Under the pieces are notes generated by a model. It worked only from the letters and a program-made list of their open reading frames with translations, was not told where the DNA came from and did no database searches. The position numbers were made by a program, and so were the translations under genes. From positions 7,758 to 71,757 of the forward strand of contig JAIXQH010000055.1 in assembly GCA_027484055.1 (NCBI GenBank): a DNA stretch of 64,000 nt. The letters are read 5' to 3'. Source of the DNA: Verrucomicrobiaceae bacterium. Its GTDB lineage: Bacteria; Verrucomicrobiota; Verrucomicrobiia; Verrucomicrobiales; Akkermansiaceae. Positions 27,879 through 37,266 of the stretch are shown here, piece by piece (the first letter of the stretch is position 1; the number at the start of each line of letters is the position of its first letter).

Positions 27879-28038
27879 AGTGTGGTTAGCGCATTAGTGG
27901 GTTATGTGGTGGGAAGTGCCGTAGCGTTTGCTGTTTTGATTTGGTTCTATTTTCTGCCGAACATTACAATTAGTTCCGCCATTTGATGGCCCGAAAAAGA
28001 GAGTGGGTCGATCATTTTTTGGAAGGAGTAGGCTTAAT

Positions 28039-28209
28039 CATCTAAACGAGAGTGACTTACCCATGTGATTTTAAGTGGTTTATGATTTAGCGGCGTGAAG
28101 CATCTTTGGTTTTTGTTTTGCCCGTCGGGAGCCGAGTTCGTTCCTCAAAGGATCTGTGATGGTCACAGATGCTTAATCATTTAGGATGATGAACTACGGA
28201 AAAAAATTG
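28039..28209. repeat. ~171-bp conserved intergenic element, copy B
   Basis: Same orientation and block order as 15935-16105. Confidence 0.75.
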
Positions 28210-28229
28210 CCCCAGCGGATCAATTCATG

Positions 28230-28296
28230 AGGAAGTCAGGAATGCAGGAAGGAAGAAGTGGACCGGAGGCTCTTTTTCCTGTCTTCCTGATTTCCT
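28230..28296. repeat. Long imperfect inverted repeat (21-nt arms)
   Basis: aggaagtcaggaatgcaggaa (28230-28250) pairs with ttcctgtcttcctgatttcct (28276-28296). About 18 of 21 positions are complementary. Confidence 0.5.
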
Positions 28297-28298
28297 TA

Positions 28299-28538
28299 TT
28301 ATAATTCATTCATCAATTGGCATTCCTGTCGCTCGGCGGACGGATTCCGCTGCTCCATAGGGGATTTGACCCGCCAAGGGTCTGGGAGGTCGAAGAACAG
28401 AGATTGTTTCTTCGCTTTGTGCTCTTTGAGTTCTCTGTGGTAAAATTGCTCCTCATTGATTGAAGCGACAGGAGTGTCGCTTCTCCTTAGCTTCGCTCTT
28501 ATCTGTGTTGATCCGCGTGCATCGGTGGTTCTCTTCAT
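28299..28538 (-). CDS. Possible small basic protein (79 aa), doubtful
   Basis: The only evidence is an open frame with A/T-ending codons like the neighbouring orphan genes. No homology recognised. Confidence 0.3.
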   Translation of the reverse strand: MKRTTDARGSTQIRAKLRRSDTPVASINEEQFYHRELKEHKAKKQSLFFDLPDPWRVKSPMEQRNPSAERQECQLMNEL

Positions 28539-28795
28539 ATTGCTGGGCGCTTGGAGACCTAAGCCCCCGGCGGAAGAGGGTGAAGTGCGACGGTCATAGA
28601 CGCGACGCTACGCTTGATGGATGGATTTGCCTCCGCGTCCCTTTGCGGCCTCTGCGCCTCTGCGGTGAACTCTTGGCTATGGAGTAGAATATTGGACCGC
28701 CAAGGGGGGAAGAGCGCCAAGGGTTTGAGGATCGGGGATTGGGGATCAAGTCCCCTCCACGCCTTTGCGTTTCGTTTTCCCCTACCCTCGTTGGG

Positions 28796-31700
28796 TTAAC
28801 GAAAGGAAAAGCGCCAGATGGCCATGCCGCGGGAGTCACCGGTGCTGGAGACTCCGGCTGAGAGGAACCAGCGGTCGGTAATGGCGAGGGTGGCGGTGGA
28901 GTAGGAATCGGTGGAATAGGGATCCGCCTCGGCGATGCTGAAATCGATGCGATCAAGGCTCTGGAGAAGGGGGCGGAGTTGTTTACCGTAGCGGAAGCGG
29001 CCGCGGCGGAGTTCTTCGGCGAGGAGCTGCATGGCGCGGGAGGATGCGGCTTGTGGATCTTCGAGGCCGGAGGTGGTGGTGCCGGTGGCGAGGAGGGTCA
29101 TGATTTCATTTTCCGGGAGCGGTGGATTGGAGGTGAGAACCAGCTGCGGATTTGAAGCGCGGCCGTAGGCGTAAACGGTGATGCGGTAGGGGCGAGGCTC
29201 GGCGAGACCACGGATTTCTAGGATGGGATCAAAGCCAGCGGCAGGGGTGAAGCTGATGGTGCCCGTTTTGACCCTAAGGGTGGTGAAGGGAAGAGCGGCG
29301 GTGAAATCCTTGATGGTGAAGGCTCCGTCTGGGGCGGGAGCGGCGAGGGTGCCGCCGATGCGGAGCTTACCGGTGATTTGCCCGTTCGCGAGGTTGCCAC
29401 GAACCAGGAAGGGCTGCTCGGTGCGGACTTGCACGTTGAGCAGCCAGCTGCGGAAGGGTTCGGGAAGGCCGGCGGCTTGGTTGCTGGGGGCGTCAATTTT
29501 CGGTAGGGCTGCTGCGCTGGGGCCGGTGAATGGGGTGCCGATGGGGAGAAGCTCGATGTCGCGGTAGAAAATCCCATCCACGGTGCCGACGGTGCCGGAG
29601 AGGGTGGCGCGCTGGAAGGGCCCTTGGAGGCGGAGGTCGGCATTGGCACGGAGGATGAGAAAGTCGTTTCGAAGGAGCGGTAGGTGATCCGCACGGAGGC
29701 GGACGTCGACTAGGGTTGGGACGGCTCCGGTGAGGGTGAGTGCGCCCTCGCCAGTGATGCTGCCCCCAGCGACGGTGGCTTTGAGGGATTTCAGGGCAAT
29801 CCGGTCGAGTCCAAATTCGACGGCGGCGTTGATGGCTTGGATGGCGGGGATTTGTGGGGATTTTAGTTTCACGTTTGCCTGATTTAAGGCGAGTGAGCCT
29901 TTGACGACGGGTTTGCCGAGTTGACCCGTGATGAGGACATTTCCAGTGAGGCTGCCGCTGATCGTTTCGGCAGCGGGAATGAGGGAGGCGAAGCGCGAGA
30001 GGTCGAGCTTCGGGAGATCGATTCTAGCGGCGATGGTTTCAGACTTGATGAGTTCTGGCTGGTCGGCCCAGGCCGCTGGGCGAAATGGGAGGGTGCTGGT
30101 GAGGGTGGCGGGCAAGAAATCGGGAGCGGTGGCAGTAGCATCTAACTTCAAGCGGCCATCACGCGCGGTCATGAGCACTTGGACAGCGGCTGGTGGGAGC
30201 TTGGGCTGGGTGGCGGAGTGGAGATCTTTGGCAAGGAGTTTGGCGTCTAGAACGGGCGCGGCGTAGGTGCCTGAGGCTTGGAGGTCGAGCTGGCCGGTGG
30301 CGGTGGCGTCTAGCTGGCGGAACGAAGGAATCCAGCCACTCAAACGGCTGAGTGGCAGGACTTGGGAGCGGATGGATAGCTCGATGGGGCGGAGGTCACG
30401 GGCGATCATTTCCCGCCATTTTGAAAAATCCTTGGGCACCGGGAAACGGGCGGTGCCGCCGAGTAATTCTTCGCCGCCTGCGGTCCAGAGGAGCTGACTG
30501 AGCGTGAGGTGCTCATCGGCCAAGGTCGCAGCGAGGGTGACGGATTGATCCGCCATTCGCAGCTGGAGGGCAGATGCATTCACGCCCGTGGGCCAATCGT
30601 AGGTGATGCTGCCGCTGCCATCGATGGGTGAGGCTTCAGGGCGGCTCCATGCGGCTTGACTGAGGGTGAGACTGCCTTGGTGGGAGGCGGATTTCAGGGC
30701 ACCGCGGCCGGCCCATTTTCCGGTGAGGTTGGCGGTGCCGGGTGGGATGATCTTGGCGATGGCGAGCCAAGGGGCAAGGCGGGCGCTGGTGAACTCTTCG
30801 AGATCGAGACTGGCCTGATAGGAGGACTGGGCGAGGTCGTAGGTGGCGCTAGCCTTGAGCCCGTCGAGCGTGAGAAGTCCAGTGGCGGCGGCGTCCGGCG
30901 CCCAAGTGGCGGCGAGGGAAATGGGAGTGGCGAGCGCTGGATCTTGAGGCTTGAGGAGGAGCTGGGCGCGGGCGGATTTGAGGCGATTTCCCAAGAGCTG
31001 GAGTTGGACATCGGTGGTGAAACTGGCAGCGGGGATGACGGCAGCGGTATCGATGGCGGGGACTCGGGGCGCTAAGGCACGGAGCACGGCGGGAACATCG
31101 GCAAGGGTGAAACGGCCGCTGGCGTCGCCGAGGGTGAACGAAGAAGCGGTGCGGGTGACGGGAGCTGTCGCTTCGATTCGGAAATCGCTGTTCAAGATTT
31201 GGCCACTGGCGGAGAGGGTCGTGTCTGAGGCGGTGAGCGCAGCAGAGAGGCTCAGCTCGGGGATCTGATCCGCTTGGTAGGAGAGATTTTTCACCAGCAT
31301 CTGGACGGTGCCGGTGGCGGAGCTGGGGTTTGGGAGGAGCTGGTCGAGCTTGATGGCCAAGGCGCTGAGAGTGCCGTTGACGGGAAGGGTCGTCCCAAAA
31401 CGCTGAGCGACTGGAGCAAGCGGAAGCTCGCCTTGGCGGAGGGTGATTTCTACGGCGCTGAGGCCGGGGCTGCTACTAAGGGTGAAATGGGCGGTGTCGA
31501 GCTGGATTTGAGCGGCGAGGGACGGTGGGGCGTGTTGAGGGAGCTGGAGTGCGAGTGCGCTGATGGTGAGGCCCGGAAGTGGATCGATACGGTCGATGAG
31601 AAGGGCGCTAGAATCCCAGGTGATGGTGGACTGCTGGGCGGGCCACGCGCGTCCGGTGGCATCGGTGAAGGTGCCGAGCTGGAGTGAGAATGCGGATTGC

Positions 31701-32332
31701 CCGGACAGGTGGCTCAAGCTGGAGGAGGCTAGGGTGAGGACGGGCTTCCCGGCGCGTGTGGCATTCAGGCTGAGGTCTTGAAAATCAAGGGCTAGGGGTA
31801 AGATTTTTTGCTGAACCGTGCGGAGAGTTTCGCTGATTTTTTGAAGATCTAGCGGCGATTTCTCCGAAGGAGGTGTGCTTGCCTTTGGTGGTAGTCCGAG
31901 GCGGATGTCGGCATGGAGATGGTGGACGCTTAGACCATCGAGCTGGCCGAAGATGAGATTTCGCCAGCGGTAGTGGGGTTTGATTTCCCCAATCCTGAGA
32001 CTGGCGAGGTCTCGATCCCCTTCTAGCTGGAGATCTGCGATGCGGATGCCATGTGAGAGGCTGCCTTGGACGGTGAAGGAGCCGCGGAGACCGGATTTTT
32101 CCAAAAAGTAGCTCGCAAAGGGCGGAGCGAGTAACCGCAAGCCCGGGCCGTTGAGCCAAAGTAGGCCGCCGATGAAGACGGCCATGATAATCCAGCGGCG
32201 GAATTTCCTGCGGCGCTTGGGCGTGGGTGCTGAGTCGGTGTCTGGCAAAACAAGAGCAATAGAGCCCCAAGTGCTGGCTGGGTCAATCCGCGAGACAGCT
32301 CGGGAAATGGGCACATGAGGAGCTAGCCCCAA
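28796..32332 (-). CDS. tamB: TamB/AsmA-like translocation and assembly module protein (DUF490 C-terminus)
   Basis: 1178 aa with an N-terminal TM anchor (WIIMAVFIGGLLWL), a long beta-rich Ala/Leu/Thr repetitive body, and a C-terminal ...TDRWFLSAGVSSTGDSRGMAIWRFSFR typical of TamB. The start codon is uncertain. Confidence 0.8.
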   Translation of the reverse strand: MGLAPHVPISRAVSRIDPASTWGSIALVLPDTDSAPTPKRRRKFRRWIIMAVFIGGLLWLNGPGLRLLAPPFASYFLEKSGLRGSFTVQGSLSHGIRIADLQLEGDRDLASLRIGEIKPHYRWRNLIFGQLDGLSVHHLHADIRLGLPPKASTPPSEKSPLDLQKISETLRTVQQKILPLALDFQDLSLNATRAGKPVLTLASSSLSHLSGQSAFSLQLGTFTDATGRAWPAQQSTITWDSSALLIDRIDPLPGLTISALALQLPQHAPPSLAAQIQLDTAHFTLSSSPGLSAVEITLRQGELPLAPVAQRFGTTLPVNGTLSALAIKLDQLLPNPSSATGTVQMLVKNLSYQADQIPELSLSAALTASDTTLSASGQILNSDFRIEATAPVTRTASSFTLGDASGRFTLADVPAVLRALAPRVPAIDTAAVIPAASFTTDVQLQLLGNRLKSARAQLLLKPQDPALATPISLAATWAPDAAATGLLTLDGLKASATYDLAQSSYQASLDLEEFTSARLAPWLAIAKIIPPGTANLTGKWAGRGALKSASHQGSLTLSQAAWSRPEASPIDGSGSITYDWPTGVNASALQLRMADQSVTLAATLADEHLTLSQLLWTAGGEELLGGTARFPVPKDFSKWREMIARDLRPIELSIRSQVLPLSRLSGWIPSFRQLDATATGQLDLQASGTYAAPVLDAKLLAKDLHSATQPKLPPAAVQVLMTARDGRLKLDATATAPDFLPATLTSTLPFRPAAWADQPELIKSETIAARIDLPKLDLSRFASLIPAAETISGSLTGNVLITGQLGKPVVKGSLALNQANVKLKSPQIPAIQAINAAVEFGLDRIALKSLKATVAGGSITGEGALTLTGAVPTLVDVRLRADHLPLLRNDFLILRANADLRLQGPFQRATLSGTVGTVDGIFYRDIELLPIGTPFTGPSAAALPKIDAPSNQAAGLPEPFRSWLLNVQVRTEQPFLVRGNLANGQITGKLRIGGTLAAPAPDGAFTIKDFTAALPFTTLRVKTGTISFTPAAGFDPILEIRGLAEPRPYRITVYAYGRASNPQLVLTSNPPLPENEIMTLLATGTTTSGLEDPQAASSRAMQLLAEELRRGRFRYGKQLRPLLQSLDRIDFSIAEADPYSTDSYSTATLAITDRWFLSAGVSSTGDSRGMAIWRFSFR

Positions 32333-32402
32333 TCGCCACCTCCGCGTCCGGCTGCCACTTCATCCTTGAAGCCCAGGGCAACTGGAGGCGTGATGAAGCA
32401 TC

Positions 32403-34475
32403 ATGGAACGAGACGCATTTCTCAAAGACTTACTGAGTCGCATGACTCTGGAGGAAAAGGCCGGGCAGCTCAATCTCCTCACCGGGACGATGGATGCCAC
32501 CGGCATGAAGGACTCGGCGGATTTAGAGGAGAAAATCCGCACCGGCCACTGTGGTGCGGTTTTCAATGTCTTCACACCCGCTGCGACGCGGGCCTTGCAA
32601 GAAGTCGCCATGGCGAGCCGCTTGGCCGTGCCATTGATCTTCGGCTACGATGTCATCCACGGGCACCGGACGATTTTCCCGATTCCGCTTGGGCTTTCTT
32701 GTTCTTGGAATCTCGCCCTGATCCAACGCTGCGCCCAGGCGGCAGCCGCCGAGGCGGCGGCGGATGGGCTGCACTGGGTTTACTCGCCGATGGTGGACAT
32801 TTCCCAAGATCCACGTTGGGGTCGAGTGGCCGAGGGCTCTGGCGAAGACCCGTGGCTGGGAGCGGAAATCGCCCGGGCGATGGTGCACGGCTATCAAGGG
32901 GAAAATCTCGCCGCGCCGGACGCCGTGCTGGCCTGTGTGAAGCATTTTGCCCTCTACGGTGCGCCGCAGGGTGGACGGGATTACCACACCGTGGACATGA
33001 GCCGCCGGGCGATGGTGGAGACGTATTTCCCGCCGTACCAGGCAGCGATCGAAGCCGGAGCGCGCACGGTGATGACCTCGTTTAACGAAATCGACGGCAT
33101 TCCCGCATCGGGAAATCGCTGGCTGCTGACGGAGCTACTCCGCGAGCAGTGGGGCTTCCGGGGCTGGATCGTGACGGACTACACCGCTGTCTCAGAAATG
33201 AAAAATCATGGCACCGCAGGCAGCGATGCCGAGGCGGCCCAGCAGGCGCTGGAGGCGGGCGTGGACATGGACATGGTCTCCGAGTGCTTCATCGCCGCGC
33301 TGCCGAGCCTGGTGAAATCCGGAGTGATTGCCGAGGCATTACTCGACGCCGCCGTGCTCAGAGTGCTGGCGACGAAGTGGGACTTGGGGCTATTTCAAGC
33401 CCCCTTCGCCCGCTGTGACGAGGCGCGGGCGCGGGCGGTGAATGGCTGCGAGGCGCACCGCGACTTGGCCCGTGAAGCGGGGCGCGAGGCGGTGGTGCTT
33501 TTGAAAAACGACGGGCTACTGCCGCTTTCTCAAAGTACCAAAGTCGCAGTGCTCGGCCCCTTGGCCGCGAGTGGACGGGACATGCTTGGCTGCTGGATCG
33601 CCGCTGGGGTCGGAGGCATTTCCGCGCTGGAGGGCATCCGGGAAGTGGCTGAGGTGACTGAGGATTGGCAAGCTGCAGAGGTCCTGATCTTGGTGCTGGG
33701 TGAGGATTGGGAAATGCACGGGGAGGCCGCCAGCCGAACGAGCATTCGCTTGCCGAAGGAGCAGCGGAAACTCGCGCGTGAACTACTAGAAACAGGGAAA
33801 CCGATCGTCTTAGTGACGCTGAGTGGGCGGCCACTCGACCTTTCTTGGGAGGTGCAGAAGTTCCCCGCCATGCTCCACGCCTGGGCACTCGGCTCGGAAG
33901 GCGGGCGGGCGCTGGCGGACGTCATTTTCGGCATCGCCGCACCGGTCGGCAAGCTGACGATGGGATTTCCACGAAATGTCGGCCAAGTGCCGATGACTTA
34001 CCGAGAGAAACCCGGTGGCCGCCCCTTTGATGCCACCCAGAAATACACCTCGAAGTACTTGGACGTGGAAAATGACGCACTCTTCCCTTTCGGCTACGGC
34101 CTGACTTACGGCACTTTACAGCACGGCACGGTCTGGCTGGATCGCCCACGGATGGCGGCAGGCGAGTCACTCACCCTCTTCGCCGAGCTGGAGAACGAGC
34201 AGGAAATCCCGATCACGGAGACGGTGCAGTGGTATCTCAGGGATCTAGTCGCCACGGTCAGCCGCCCGGTGAAGGAGCTGCGGGGTTACCAGCGCGTGAC
34301 GCTCCAAGCCCAAGAGCGCCGGGTAATTTCCTTCAAGATCCAAGACGCGGATCTGAGTTTCCCGGGGCGAGACTTGCAGCCACGGATTGAAGACGGGGAG
34401 TTCGAAGCCATGGTCGGGCCGAATTCTCGCGACGTGCAAGTGGTCCGCTTTTGGCGTGTGAGTTTGGAAAATTGA
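32403..34475 (+). CDS. bglX: Glycoside hydrolase family 3 beta-glucosidase
   Basis: MTLEEKAGQLN, GYDVIHG, SPMVDISQDPRWGR, GWIVTDY and the fibronectin-like C-terminal region. No obvious signal peptide. Confidence 0.93.
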   Translation: MERDAFLKDLLSRMTLEEKAGQLNLLTGTMDATGMKDSADLEEKIRTGHCGAVFNVFTPAATRALQEVAMASRLAVPLIFGYDVIHGHRTIFPIPLGLSCSWNLALIQRCAQAAAAEAAADGLHWVYSPMVDISQDPRWGRVAEGSGEDPWLGAEIARAMVHGYQGENLAAPDAVLACVKHFALYGAPQGGRDYHTVDMSRRAMVETYFPPYQAAIEAGARTVMTSFNEIDGIPASGNRWLLTELLREQWGFRGWIVTDYTAVSEMKNHGTAGSDAEAAQQALEAGVDMDMVSECFIAALPSLVKSGVIAEALLDAAVLRVLATKWDLGLFQAPFARCDEARARAVNGCEAHRDLAREAGREAVVLLKNDGLLPLSQSTKVAVLGPLAASGRDMLGCWIAAGVGGISALEGIREVAEVTEDWQAAEVLILVLGEDWEMHGEAASRTSIRLPKEQRKLARELLETGKPIVLVTLSGRPLDLSWEVQKFPAMLHAWALGSEGGRALADVIFGIAAPVGKLTMGFPRNVGQVPMTYREKPGGRPFDATQKYTSKYLDVENDALFPFGYGLTYGTLQHGTVWLDRPRMAAGESLTLFAELENEQEIPITETVQWYLRDLVATVSRPVKELRGYQRVTLQAQERRVISFKIQDADLSFPGRDLQPRIEDGEFEAMVGPNSRDVQVVRFWRVSLEN

Positions 34476-34842
34476 GTGCCTTGGACTGGCAAACGCAAGC
34501 GAACCGTGGCGGTGGATTTCATCCGCCACGCCCATGATGCCGGAGAGGCGCGACTTCCCTATTTCATCGTTTTTACATTTTTGGGCATGGCGGTTGGAAA
34601 GTTCCGCCACGGATGGAGAGGAGAAATGGACCCATCAGACCGCCAGTGAGATGATTGGTGACGCGGAGTGATGATCCTGGGATAAGTCCTGAACTGACTT
34701 ATCGAAGTGTAACATTTAGCTCCTTGATGTCGCTCCCGTTGACCAAGGTTTCCAACGATAAACAAGCGGTTATTTGTTTGTTTATGTCTGCAATGATTTG
34801 AGATGTTGTTCACTCATATATCCGTATGGATTCTTAATGAGT

Positions 34843-36381
34843 TTATTCTGTCTGTCGGATCGGTCGAAGGGTCATGGAGCCGATGGAGAATGACGTACCG
34901 ACGGATTCTACTTTAAAACCCACATCTTTAGCGGTGGAATCCAATGGAATATGGAATACGGATCGACCGTCTATTAGGATTTCGGCCTGATCTCCAAGAC
35001 GGATCAGAGTGATGAGGACATAGCACGGATCATTCGGATCTAGGGGAGAGCGGCTTTTGTCGAATTTTGAGATCTGGTCTAGATTCAGTAAAGGAAAGTA
35101 ATGCTGGGTCTGTACGATACCGGAAGATGGACCACCCGCAAAGATAACCAACCGATCACCATTATAAAATTGTTGGAAGCAGATGGATGCCAGAGTTCGG
35201 GCCATTTGACTTTGCTGGTCGCCTCTGGCCAGATCGGAAGTCTCGGAGCGGTCCTCAATTGAGAGAGTCATCGTCCGAATCCCCTCGTCCTCTCCAAGTC
35301 CTAGCGGTTCGGCATCCCCCAAGGCCAAGCGAACCTGCCAGATCACATCGCAAAACGGGTCCGCTGGAGCGAAAGTATAATATGAGTAATGTGCGATCGG
35401 TATCTTCTCCTGTACCCAGCCCCTTTTCAGTGGGCCGAGCTTCCTTTTTTTCATACCGTTGCGTTTATTTTCCATCATCACCACGCTCTTCATCACGTCG
35501 TCACCAGCTGCATCTAAAGCATTCCGCATCAGTGACTCGTGCGGCCCTTTTTTCACCCATTTCTTCCAACTGCCAAGAGTGGTCGATTCAAGTTGTTTAT
35601 CCAGCCCTCTGTCTTCGGCGGTAACCGATTCCAGAATTCTGAAATCCTGAAATGCGGTGGCTAGAGTGGAGAGTCCCAGATGGAAAAACCTTGGAATTTT
35701 ATCTTTTGCAGCGGGCAGCTCGCCTAGCAACTTATCATATAAGTCTCGTGATTTTTTCACATTGCCGTGGTCGAATTCCAGCAGGGCTTCGAAATAGGTG
35801 GTAAAGATCGAGGTCGACAAACCTGCTAATCTGGCACGGAGCAACGCGGTTTCCGCCAACACGTGGTCCCCCGATTGCCAGGCGACCGAGGCGATCAACA
35901 AGTCGCGATCCCATTTTCCGTGCCGTGAGTTTTGATAGAGATAGTTTTCCGGCCGGTGGCCATTCGACCATGTAAACCCGATCAAGCCGGGACCAAACTC
36001 GGATTGGTGCCGCACGCCATCCGGCGTTACCCATGATATCAGTCGCATTCCGTTCGCGCCGGGGTCTAGCGGCATCGCGCGGTTATAGAATTCCTTGCCA
36101 TTCAGACGGTCCATGAGCGATCCGACAGTGAGCCCGGCCTGCTCGGCCCGGGAGCCGGGTTCCACCGCTACGACCAATGATCCCCAAGTGGGGAATTTCC
36201 CCTCAGCAACGACTGATGGGTCGATTCGGTTCTGTGGCAGGGAGGCGACAGCCTTCGCATAGGCGACATCGCTCAGCGGAGCCTGATAGGCCGCTCGCGG
36301 GGCCGGACTCGCGTCGGTCGTGTCCGCTAAGCATCGAGCGCACAACATCAATGCAAGCAAAACCACGGACTTAATATTCAC
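34843..36381 (-). CDS. Hypothetical secreted PDZ-domain protein (AT-rich)
   Basis: The GTG at 36381 gives (M)NIKSVVLLALMLCARCLA, a signal peptide. There is a PDZ-like segment (VVAVEPGSRAEQAGLTVGSLMDRLNG). The rest is unrecognised. Confidence 0.6.
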   Translation of the reverse strand: MNIKSVVLLALMLCARCLADTTDASPAPRAAYQAPLSDVAYAKAVASLPQNRIDPSVVAEGKFPTWGSLVVAVEPGSRAEQAGLTVGSLMDRLNGKEFYNRAMPLDPGANGMRLISWVTPDGVRHQSEFGPGLIGFTWSNGHRPENYLYQNSRHGKWDRDLLIASVAWQSGDHVLAETALLRARLAGLSTSIFTTYFEALLEFDHGNVKKSRDLYDKLLGELPAAKDKIPRFFHLGLSTLATAFQDFRILESVTAEDRGLDKQLESTTLGSWKKWVKKGPHESLMRNALDAAGDDVMKSVVMMENKRNGMKKRKLGPLKRGWVQEKIPIAHYSYYTFAPADPFCDVIWQVRLALGDAEPLGLGEDEGIRTMTLSIEDRSETSDLARGDQQSQMARTLASICFQQFYNGDRLVIFAGGPSSGIVQTQHYFPLLNLDQISKFDKSRSPLDPNDPCYVLITLIRLGDQAEILIDGRSVFHIPLDSTAKDVGFKVESVGTSFSIGSMTLRPIRQTE

Positions 36382-36819
36382 CCTAGAATTACAGGGAAGT
36401 TCCTCAACATTTGCAAGAATCAAATTGGCCCCAAAAGGCCACCGCATATTTGAAACGCTTCGCCGGGGCCAGTCCCGACTAACCAGCATTTGCTGGAAAA
36501 TCGGTGTTTCGACGACCCGCCCACGATTAGGTTTTTTAAGACTCATCCATTGGCAAAGTCGATTTCGCGGGTGGTGAGAGCAGGCCAAACACAAGCGTTT
36601 GCGAGCTGTGAAAATGATTAACTTCTATCGCCAAGGAAAGAAACGCTTGCGGTTCCGACGCTCATTTTCTTCTCTTGAATCGCAAAAAAATCTGACTTCT
36701 TCCTTTTTTCCCTAGGCGGCTTGGCGGTTAAACCATCTCTTTTCTGACGGTGGAGAACTCGTTCGGTGTTTTTCGTAACCATCTGCGGCAGGAAGCCTGC
36801 GCACCCTTCTTATGGACCC

Positions 36820-36851
36820 AAAAAAACGCCGCCCAGCTTTTGAGCCGGGCG
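36820..36851 (-). terminator. Rho-independent terminator after rplT
   Basis: The minus strand reads cgcccggct-caaa-agctgggcg, a 9-bp stem with one G-U pair. It is followed by gc and then ttttttt. Confidence 0.8.
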
Positions 36852-36885
36852 ACGTGTGATATTTTTCAGATTTCTCGGTTCAATC

Positions 36886-37266
36886 TCAGGCAGCGACCGA
36901 TGCGTGTTTCGCAGCGAGAGCTTTCTTCGACTGGGCAACGATGGCGGAGAAGGCAGCGGCGTCGGTGATCGCGAGATCCGAGAGGATCTTACGGTCAGCT
37001 TCGATTCCGGCAGCTTTCAATCCTTCGATGAAGCGCGAGTAGGTCATGTCCTCGTTGCGGCAGGCAGCATTGATACGCTGAGTCCACAAACGGCGGAATT
37101 GACCTTTGCGCTTTTTCCGATCTCGGTATTCATACGTCAGCGCTTTACGGACAGCGTCCTTAGCGTAACGGAAGAGTTTCGAGCGGAAACCGCGGAAACC
37201 CTTGGCACGAAGCAATGTCCGCTTGCGGCGGGCACGGCTGGCCGGTGAGTTAGTGGCACGTGGCAT
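36886..37266 (-). CDS. rplT: 50S ribosomal protein L20
   Basis: MPRATNSPASRARRKR...GFRG...YAYRDRK-type sequence. Confidence 0.97.
   Translation of the reverse strand: MPRATNSPASRARRKRTLLRAKGFRGFRSKLFRYAKDAVRKALTYEYRDRKKRKGQFRRLWTQRINAACRNEDMTYSRFIEGLKAAGIEADRKILSDLAITDAAAFSAIVAQSKKALAAKHASVAA

Noticed and set aside
27477-27986. 169-aa plus-strand ORF overlapping the 128-aa minus-strand ORF
   Set aside because: The minus-strand reading gives a clean TM helix plus a charged domain and is co-oriented and closely spaced with 26920-27462. The plus-strand product is Cys/Ser/Leu-rich with no convincing features. Confidence in either is only moderate.
36595-36760. Possible third, degenerate copy of the composite repeat next to the PDZ islet
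   Set aside because: Only an exact 10-mer (aaggaaagaa, 36633-36642 vs 16092-16101) and loosely similar T/C-rich and cgccaagg-type motifs are shared. None of the long core blocks of the 171-bp element is present, which is insufficient by eye.
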